From Fonticula alba ATCC 38817 (taxonomy: Eukaryota > Protista > Nucleariida), in the NCBI GenBank assembly GCA_000388065.2, contig KB932205.1: a DNA stretch of 64,000 nucleotides; one strand, written 5' to 3'. Of this stretch, positions 36,784-45,003 are shown piece by piece. The notes under the pieces were generated by a model, which saw only the letters and a program-made list of their open reading frames with translations, searched no databases and was not told the origin of the DNA. A program made the position numbers and the translations under genes. Each line of letters starts with the position of its first letter. Within the stretch, counting starts at the first letter, position 1.

Positions 36784-36852
36784 ATCATCAGGCGGCCCTT
36801 TTGGGGACGGCTGTAGGTATTAGCATGAAAATTTTTGGCAATCATCGTAATC
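36784..36852 (-). ncRNA. snR53: Box C/D snoRNA snR53-like (SSU Am796, yeast numbering)
   Basis: C box CGATGAT (36847-36841), guide TTTCATGCTAATA (36830-36818) antisense to SSU TATTAGCATGGAA, D box CTGA (36791-36788), terminal stem GATTA/TGATC. The D' box is degenerate (CCTA). Confidence 0.65.
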
Positions 36853-37465
36853 GACACGCGTATTGCGCGCGCGCGCGCCGGGGAGAGGAGGGGGAAGCGG
36901 TGTGACCGCAGGGAGGGGGATATACGTACGTATTTGGTGGGAAGGGGGACATGCCCGAGAGATGTGGAGAACACACACGGGCTGCCGAGTGCACGGGATG
37001 CGCGCGATGTGTACCACCGCAGACACAGCGCGAGAAGTGCGCGGCCAGGAGTGGGGGGCTGTGTGTGGGGGGGAGATAGGAAGAGAGAAGGAAACACGGA
37101 TGTAAGAATGTGTATGGAAAGAGGATGGTTTCTATTTGGGGGATATATATGTGGGAGAAGCGCCAAAGACACACACACGCAGGAAGGTCCGGGAGGGAGC
37201 AGGCAGAAGTGCCCCCTCTCTCAGATGCCTCCCCACAGGGAAAGTGTGTGCAAAGGTGCAACAGAGGAAGAGAGAGAGAGGCTTGGGCGCACATGAACCA
37301 TGCACAGACACCGCGCTCCCCCGTGAGAGGGTGGGGAAGGGGGCCGAGCGACCCGGCGCATTCTCAACAAGGAGGGATGTTTGGCTAAGAGGGGGAGAGA
37401 GAAAGAGGGTGTCAGAGGAAGGATGTGGCGCGGGGTGGAGGGCGGGCGTGGAATAAAAAGGAAGA

Positions 37466-37532
37466 GAACTCAGGCATCAGAATGTGGACATCATGCTTCA
37501 GACGAAAGATGGTTTTGATGAACATCAGAGTG
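37466..37532 (-). ncRNA. SNORD51: Box C/D snoRNA U51/U32/snR39-like (LSU Am807, yeast numbering)
   Basis: C box CTGATGT (37528-37522), guide ACCATCTTTCG (37513-37503) + T-CTGA, antisense to LSU CGAAAGATGGT. C' ATGATGT, D box CTGA (37473-37470), terminal stem ACTC/GAGT. Confidence 0.8.
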
Positions 37533-37745
37533 GATGTGGGGAGGAGAGAGGATAGAGGGAGAGACGGGCATGGACCCAGGGGGGTTGTGTATGTACCTTG
37601 TCGTGCGTGTGACCGACACATGGGGAGGGTCGGAACACGGAGAAAGGGAGGGCGCACACATCCACAGGAGGTGTGTCTACAGAGGAGGGAGGAGAGTGTG
37701 AGAAGAGAGTGGCGGAGGAGGAGGGAAGATGCGCAGAGGGCAATC

Positions 37746-37823
37746 TAACTCTGAATTGAACAGTCGTCACTGAACATCTGACGGCCTTTCCTATCATTAT
37801 TTGTTGCGGTTCTCATCATAGCA
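37746..37823 (-). ncRNA. SNORD49: Box C/D snoRNA U49-like (LSU Cm in CGG[C]TCTTCC)
   Basis: C box ATGATGA (37819-37813). ATAGGAAAGGCCGT-CAGA closely matches recalled human U49 ATAGGAAGTGCCGT-CAGA and is antisense to LSU CGGCTCTTCCTATCATT. C' GTGACGA. The terminal D box appears as CAGA (37753-37750). Confidence 0.75.
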
Positions 37824-37941
37824 CTATAGGGGGGAGGAGAGGGGAAGGAGGAGAGGGGAGACGTCTGTGGGAGGGGGGAGAGAGGGAGGAGTTAGGAATG
37901 GGGAGGGAGGAGGGGGATGAGGCGGGAGAGAAAACGCGTGT

Positions 37942-38020
37942 TTTCTCAGTGCGTATCGCGAAATACAAAACCGTTCGAATCATCAGATTCATACAGCCAA
38001 GGGTGAATTTCATCAAGGAA
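37942..38020 (-). ncRNA. SNORD53: Box C/D snoRNA U53-like (LSU Cm in ACAG[C]CAAGGG)
   Basis: C box TTGATGA (38016-38010), guide CCCTTGGCTGT (38003-37993) + D' ATGA, internal C' CTGATGA, D box CTGA (37949-37946). The +5 rule selects the C equivalent to human 28S C3848 (older numbering). Confidence 0.75.
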
Positions 38021-38225
38021 GGACACGGGAGGCGGAGAGAGGGCGGGCAGCCGCGGACGTACACTGTGTGTGTGGGGAGGGACACCACAGAACAAGGGCC
38101 ATGGAGGAGAGAGGCACATGCATCTCCACCCCTCGGGTGGATGAGCGACAGGGCCACTGAGAAGAGGAAGAGAATGTTAGAAGAGAGGCGGAAGGGAGGA
38201 GAGGGAGGAAGATGGGCTGATGGAG

Positions 38226-38319
38226 GGGATCAGACATCTAAGGAAGGTCCATATATTCCGTCATCTACCTAAGGTATAAGGTGGAAACTGCGAACATGGC
38301 TGGTTTTTCATCACGAATA
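38226..38319 (-). ncRNA. U14: U14 box C/D snoRNA
   Basis: C box GTGATGA (38314-38308), domain A TTCGCAGTTTCCAC, domain B CCTTCCTTAGATGT directly before D box CTGA (38233-38230). Both hallmark 18S-complementary elements of U14/snR128 are present. Confidence 0.95.
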
Positions 38320-38574
38320 GGGGGGAGGAGGGGAGGAGGAGGGGGGCGGGGCGGGTATGCGTACACTCTTCGCCAAGTAGGATGGCTGGCCCTGGGGGAG
38401 GGCGGCGGCGGCTCGAGGTGGGGGCCAAGAGCCAGGGAAAGTGACCGGCAACAGCTTCGGAGGTAGGGGCGTGCGCGCGTGCTCTCACATGCAGAAGGGC
38501 GGCCTACGATGGGAGGAGGGGAGGCGATGTCAGAAAGGGAGTGGCGAGGAGCGGGGGAGATGGGAGGGGGAAGG

Positions 38575-38660
38575 GCGTTCAGGTAAACCCGTTTGGCTGT
38601 GGGCACTGCATTTATCAGCAGAGTCTCGTATGACTGGGGCGGCAGGGTCTCATCAGGACA
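38575..38660 (-). ncRNA. SNORD31: Box C/D snoRNA U31/snR67-like (LSU P-loop Gm, E. coli G2251 equivalent)
   Basis: C box CTGATGA (38656-38650), D box CTGA (38582-38579). A 14-nt guide TGCCGCCCCAGTCA (38644-38631) is complementary to the conserved LSU segment TGACTGGGGCGGCA. Confidence 0.8.
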
Positions 38661-38917
38661 AGGGAGGGGGGAGGGGGAAGGAGGCGTACTCTGACTGTGT
38701 GAGGAGGGGGGAAGCTCGCGTCGCAGGCGCAGACATACTCCAAGATGCCCGGTCCCCAGAGGGAAGGGGGCTCTCTCTCATGGATCTCCAACACTATGGG
38801 ACTGCTTGGGGAGGGGGCTATCGAGAGGAGAGGGGGAAGGGGGGGGGCGAGAGGAGTTAGAAGGAGGGAGACATGTGGAGGGGAGGAGGGAGGAGAGGAG
38901 GGGGGGGGGATGACAGA

Positions 38918-39032
38918 CGCCGAGTGATCAGCTAAAGCTGGCTTGCGCCGTAGGGGGATACCCAACGACGGGCAAAATTTCTTCAACACGGTCGTTTTGA
39001 CGGGATAAGAAGACAAGGCATCATTTCGGCGC
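38918..39032 (-). ncRNA. snR190: Box C/D snoRNA, snR190/SNORD12-like
   Basis: C box ATGATGC (39024-39018), D box CTGA (38931-38928), terminal stem CGCCGA/TCGGCG. Guide GTCTTCTTATCCCGT + D' CAAA is antisense to LSU rRNA GCGGGGAAAGAAGAC. The following ACGACC-GTGTTGA resembles the recalled snR190 TTCGACC-ATGACGA. Confidence 0.75.
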
Positions 39033-39469
39033 GCGTCTGCGGAGGGGCAATGGCAGGAGAATGGAGGGGGGGGGGAGAACGCGCGGGGGGGGAAGCGGGT
39101 AACGAACCAGACACAGTGGGGGGGAAAGGGGGCACAGAGAGAGCGCGAGTGAAGGAGTGGGCGGCGTGGGATCCTCCGACAGCACGAGACACGCAAGCAC
39201 AAGAGCCGGCCACCAAGAAGGAGCACATCCACACAGTGCCAAGGTCTCCTTCCGGTGGTAAGCGGGCACACGCGCAGCAGCAGCAGCGAGCATGCACACA
39301 AACACACAGGCAAAGGCACAGAGAGAGGAGAGGCAAGACACGGGGGGGGGTGGGAGCACAAGGTGGGGCACAGCGCACGCGATGCAAGGCTGAAAGAGGG
39401 CCGCCTCACTCCACACAGAGTGAGGCTGTGACCCTCTTCGCTTCGTCTTCAGTGGCCGCCCGGCGGCCC

Positions 39470-39477
39470 CTTATATA
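39470..39477 (-). promoter_or_regulatory. TATA box of the snoRNA host transcript
   Basis: TATATAAG on the minus strand in otherwise GC-rich DNA, about 90 nt upstream of the first splice donor. Confidence 0.6.
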
Positions 39478-42477
39478 GTAGGCCATTTTCCCCCTCGACG
39501 CTCCCCCGCCCCCCTCCGTCCCGCCCCCCCCAGGGCGCGGGGGGGCCTGTGGCAAGACGTCCCCGGGGCGGGGCTGGCCGGGCAACGATTCGAGCAGCAC
39601 CGGAGAGGAAGGCCACCAGAGCCAGGCTGGGGCGGGGCGCGAAGGGGGGGGGGGGGGCCGACCATGCAGCCGCCCCGTGCCCGGCCTCCAGGGGACTCAC
39701 TCCCCCATGCCGGGACACACGGCGCCCATGCGACACGGTCGCCGAGGACCAGGCCGCCGGGCACGACTGGCGCCGGAGCCACCACCAAGAGCTGGCGGGC
39801 CCCAGGAGTCGCCCCCCCCCCCCCGCCCTGGTCGGCAAATGACCCGACCGCCGGGGTAGGGCAGCGGAGTGCGCTGATCCGCGAGTGCTCGCCCCTTCCC
39901 GTCCCAAGGCCCGCACCCAAGCGGGGCACGGCAGACGGAGCAAGCCGGCTGGCGAACCGGGAGGGGCGCGTCACACACGCACCCCCCCGGCTGCCCTCCT
40001 CCCCGGCCCCCGGGCGGAGACAAAAACCGAACCCACGTTGGGCGCCAAAAAAGAGCGGCGCCGAGCGACAAGCCCGCCTCTTCCCTCGTGGCATAAAAGG
40101 GGGAGGGGGAAAGCCCGGTGGACCGGGGATGCCTCTCGCGCTGGGCGTGCGTCCTCCCCCGTTCTCGCTGGTCCCCGCCCCCCCCCCCATGGCCACTCGG
40201 AACAGCGGGCCCCTTTGTCGAAGGCAAGGAGCACAGCGCCAAACCCCGCAGCACGACCGGTCCGCACGAAGGTGCTGGAAAGAGACGGCCGCCTGGTGCC
40301 TTCGCCCGGTGTCTGGTCTCCCTTTTCTCCGCCGCCTACGGCCCCCCCTCGGTCCTAATGTGCACTCTCCGAGGAGGCAGGAAACAAGGGACCGCCCGGC
40401 CCCGGCCTCCAGCGGGCGACCGCGCGGACAGCCGGGTGGGAGGATTTCTATATAATGCCATTGTGGTTCCATGATGGACTAAGTGGCATTGTTGAGGGTG
40501 CACATGATTCCGTCGGGGACTTGGAATCTCAATTCAAAGGGGGCGTGTTTTAAGAGCGTTCGGGACGGAGATGATCACATTGGCCTCTCCTGCCGGCGCC
40601 CGTTCTGAATCAACCTCACTCGTTGCCGGCCAGTCTAGAGCTTTATTGCTGAATAAAAAGCACCCTTTTTTGTTGCAAACGACCAACAGGCCGTGTGCCC
40701 AACGAGATTGTTGCCGCCATGTTTCGGCCCACCTCCTCTCTCGCTCGGATCGGACCGTCGCCGGCCGAGCGAACGGTCTCCTATTGGGTTGGTGTATTCT
40801 CTTCGGCACAGACCGCCCCACGAAAGCAGGGCGCCCGGGTCTGTGGGATGCCCCACCCCGGGCGGGGGGGGGGGGGGGACTTGACAGTGCCCGAGGGCTG
40901 CCGCGGCCTGCCTCCCTGGGCGTCGGCGAGTCGGCCCGAATGCCGGCGGACGGGGTGGAAAAACTCAGGATGGCCTCCCCACTGCGGGGGGCGCCCCCGC
41001 GCGCCGCGAGAGTCGCGCCAGCACCAGACCTGGAAATGCGAGGGGGAGGGGAGGCTGAACGTCGCGCGAGCCCCTGTTGGATGTACCCCCAGGCTCTTTT
41101 TTGCAGTACCGAAGACCAGGCACGCGCGGGAGCGGCGAGGGGCGAAGGTACCGTCCAGTGTCCTCTCCCCCCGCCCCCCGTGGGCACATGAAGCCCTGCG
41201 CCGCCGGGCTGGTGGCCATGCGCCAGGGGGCTGCTTGTGTGTGCCTATGCCCGGGGGCGGTGCAGTGCAGTGTGCGTCCGGGTCCCTGGTCCCTTTTGCC
41301 AGGGGCCTGGGCAAGCAGTCCCCCCGCCCCCCCCCCCGGGAGTCCGTGCCTAACTGGGGGGGGGGGGAGAGACGTGTTGCCCGGGGGCGGGGGCTGGTGG
41401 CAGGCAGGCGGGTGTGGACGGATGGCCGGCAAGGGGGGGGGACGCCCGCTTCCGCCGATCCGCCCCCCCCCCTCCCTGCATATCTCCTCGGACACCGCCC
41501 TCCCTCCCTGAGTGGTGGGAGGTCGGCGGATGGCGTGCACAAACGGGCGGGGATTTTTCAGCCGGACTATTGCCCGGCGCACTCCGGAAAGGGTTCGTCC
41601 TCGCCAGCCCGACCCGTTTTCCATTTGTTATCCCTAACTTTTGAGGTAAAGGTCGTAAGGTCCGTATTTATCCCTTCCCCCTTTCCCCCTCCTCCTTTCC
41701 TCCCTCTCCTCCCCCCCCCCTCTCGTGTGCGTGTACACGTCCACATCCGCGGATGGTCCTGCCGTCGTCGGGCGTAGATGCTGTGTGGCCGGCCGGCCCG
41801 CCCCTCTCCCCCCTCCCTCCCCGTGAGCGCGTATCCACACCCGCCTGCGTGTGCGGTTGGGCCGATCTGCGCGCGTTTCTCGCCCCCCCCTCCTCCGTCG
41901 CCCTCGGGGGCTGTCGTGTCTCCCCTTCTCCTCTCTCCCTCGCTCGCCCCGTGGCTGTCACTTCGACGTGAGGAGATGGGGGGACACCTGGATGCGCCGC
42001 GCCCATACTCGCTCGCTCTCGTGCGCGCGGGCATGTGTGTCTGCATGGGGGGGGAGGCCTGGATTGTCTCGCCTCCGACTGCGCGGCAGCAGGAGGGCCC
42101 CCCGCCCCGCGCCCGGCACATGGCCAAGTGCCCTCCCTGCCTTGTGCCTGGTCGCGCAAGGGCGGGGGGGGAGAACCGTGTGCTGTGTCCACCCACGACG
42201 ATCCGCCTCCATCGTGTGGACGGCATCGGATGTACCACCACGGATGCTGCATCCGATGTTCCCCCCCTGATGAGCGAGCGTCGTGTCGCCTGTGGGAGGG
42301 CCATGCTCTCTCTCCCTCCCTCCCTCATCCTTTCCTCCTCTGGAGCCCAAGCGTAACCTCCCCCCCTCGTGCCGAGACTGACTCTCCCTCTCCCCCTCGC
42401 TGCGCGCCCGCCCCCTTCACCGCCGCCCCCCTCCCGCCCGTTCGTTTATCCCCCTCTCCTCCTCTCGCACAGCAAAA

Positions 42478-43245
42478 ATGCGCCCGGTCCAGACTCTCCA
42501 GAAGATTGTCTACCCGGAGGACGTCTCCTGCAAGTTCAACGGCCGCACCGTCACCGTCACCGGTCCCCGCGGTACCCTGACTCGCACCTTCGACTACGTC
42601 TCCATCGAGCTTAAGCACAACAAGGCCTCTCGCACCATCAGCGTTTGCGTCTGGTTCGGCCACCGCAAGCATGTTGCCTGCGTCAACACCATCGTCACCC
42701 ACATCAAGAACATGATCACCGGTGTGACCAAGGGCTTCGAGTACAAGATGCGCTACGTCTACAACCATTTCCCCATCAACGTCATCGTCGAGGGTGGCAA
42801 GTCCGTTGAGATCCGCAACTTCCTGGGTGAGCGCCGCGTCCGCGTCATCGAGATGCTCGGCGAGACCGTTGCTGCTCCCTCCTCCATGAAGGATGAGCTC
42901 ATCCTCACTGGTAACGACATCGACCACGTCTCCCAGTCCGGTGCGTGTCACACAGCCCCTTCTTTTTTTTTTCGCGCACGTGTCCTCTGCGGCGCGCTTG
43001 CTTCGTCCTCGCTCCGATGACGTGCCTGGCCCCCCCCCTCTCTCTCTCTCTCTCCTCTCTCACACACATACTGATCGTCCCTCTCTCCTCCCCTTCCCTT
43101 CCCCTGCGCGCGCCCGTGTGACGTGTGTGCCCCCCCCACAGCCGCCTCCATCCAGCAGGCCTGCCTTGTCAAGAACAAGGATATCCGTAAGTTCCTTGAC
43201 GGTATCTACGTCTCTGAGCGCGGCACTGTTGTCAAGGACGATTAA
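42478..43245 (+). CDS. RPL9: 60S ribosomal protein uL6 (L9)
   Basis: Exons 42478-42940 and 43142-43245. Motifs [60 protein letters not shown]. An acceptor CAG lies 5 nt upstream of the ATG (leader intron). Confidence 0.98.
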
Positions 43246-43711
43246 GTCGCCACAACCTGTTGGTCGCGTGCGGTCGTCTGAGGGGGGGTGGCGCCGCTCT
43301 CGGTGCTCGCTCATGCGTGCGTGCACCCATGTCCCTGCGGCTGCGCGGGGGGGGGGCGCGCCGGCACCAACCGTGTGCAACTCCCCCTCCCCCGCTCCCT
43401 CTCGGCCGCGCTCGCGCGCGTCCTTCTTGTCGTGTCTCGATATGTGCTTCCTCCCACATTACGCTCGTCATCAATACAGAAAGCATGATCTTTTCCCGTC
43501 TCTCCTTCTCTCTCCGTGCCTCTTCGCCGCGTGTGTGTTGTCAAGTGCGCATTCGGGCGCGAGCCGCCCCCTCTCTCTCCTCCTCGGGGCCGGGGGCGGG
43601 GGGGGGGATCGAGCAGCCTCCCGACACGCGCGCGATGGGTCGGCGGGGCTTCTCCTCCACGGCCGTTGACCCTGCGTGAGGTGGGGATTTGTTGCAGGAC
43701 GGATGTTCCTG

Positions 43712-43749
<38 letters not shown>

Positions 43750-45003
43750 TGGCGGGGACGGAGGCATGCATCTGCCAGGGGAACGCCTTGTCTCTCTCTC
43801 TTTCTCTCGGATCGCGGCTCCCTCGGGCGGCCCCCTTCCGGCGCTTTGGAGGAGGACGAGAAGTAAGGCAAGCAGGGCCACCCCTCGCCCTCCTCGGGGA
43901 TGCGTGTCCCAAGGCGCGTTCCATGCCCCGGCAAGGGAGTGCGCGGCAGGACGCCGCCGCCGCCGCCGCACATTGTCATGGGCCAGACCATGGAGATGTG
44001 CCATCTTCTCCGGTCGCTGCCGCGAGCCGCCACCGCGCGCATGCCCTTCTCCTCGGCCCGGGGCTTTCTGTTGGCCGCCTTTCCCGATGACGGATTTTCT
44101 TGCCCAGTGCGAGGGACATTCCTCCGGACAGGAAGGGGACTCCCTCCTGTGCATGGCTCGGCTCCGGGGAGGAAAGGCCCCCCTCGCGCATGGACGCGCG
44201 CGCCTCTCCGGACACATAGACGCGGAGCATCGCCCATCGAAAGCCACACTGCCAGGGCCACTGGCGAGGCCCGGCGGCACGGCCCAACAGGGCGGGAGAG
44301 CGGGGCTTCTCCGAGCGCGCGCGCGCTGCTCGGCCGGGGATGGCAGGGGCGCCTGGGGCCTACATGCCACCGTTCGGGGCTCCCCCTCCCCGCCCGGTTC
44401 GGGCGCATCGGCCAACCTTGCGGCAGGGCCGGCCAATACGCCGGCAGTCGCCGGGCCCGAAGACCCAATTAACACCATTTGGTTAACTCATAGGACATTA
44501 CACAAGCGCAATCACATGTGCCACAGGCGTAAATACACGGTAAATGTCCCCCCCTCCCTAGAGTCTCGTCCGTGCTGGCATTCACTCGACCTATGGGGTC
44601 CCGTGTCGGGCTCCCCGGTCAGGGAAATTGATTCCAGCTCCTGCCGAATGATGAGTATGCGGGGGGAGGGACGCGGGGAGGGGGGGGGTGCGGACCGAGC
44701 GGGGGGATGTTACCGTTCTTTCGCAGACCCTCGCCCGCCGGGAGCCGGGGGTAGGAGGGGGGGGGAACGCGAGTGGCCGATTCGCGGTAGACCTGCCGGG
44801 ATTGGGTTGCAATTGCGCCGCGCCACGATTTCCCCTGAGGCCCGATTTTCCCCACGGTGGGCGGCGTCGTCGCCCCCCTCCGCCGGCCAGCCATTTGGGT
44901 TGCCAGCCTGCGGCCCTCCGGCTGCACCGGCTCCCAAACAGCAGCCACCCCCCTTTGCTCCCCTTTGCACCTTTGTCATCTCCCTACTGGCCGTCGTCGC
45001 ATC

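Larger units (their letters stand above)
36535..39440 (-). ncRNA. Spliced non-coding snoRNA host transcript (8 introns, 7 box C/D snoRNAs)
   Basis: TATATAAG at 39477-39470 and AATAAA at 36556-36551. Introns about 39378-38818, 38738-38504, 38364-38157, 38062-37865, 37862-37677, 37596-37385, 37292-37059, 36929-36664, most with GTRCG/GTATG-type donors, CTRAC-like branch points and YAG acceptors. No credible ORF in the exons. Confidence 0.85.

Noticed and set aside
40441-40620. U3 snoRNA, RNase MRP/P or U4 identity for the structured island
   Set aside because: Partial words occur (GGATTTCTATA, GAGCGT, AAGTCCCCG on the minus strand, TTATTGCT), but the GAC/A' boxes, the P4 pairing partner and the U6-pairing 5' end are missing. 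Kept only as an unidentified candidate.
43014-43075. GATGA...CTGA in the RPL9 coding intron as a snoRNA
   Set aside because: The interval is C/CT low-complexity sequence with no guide; the CTGA is the branch-point word.
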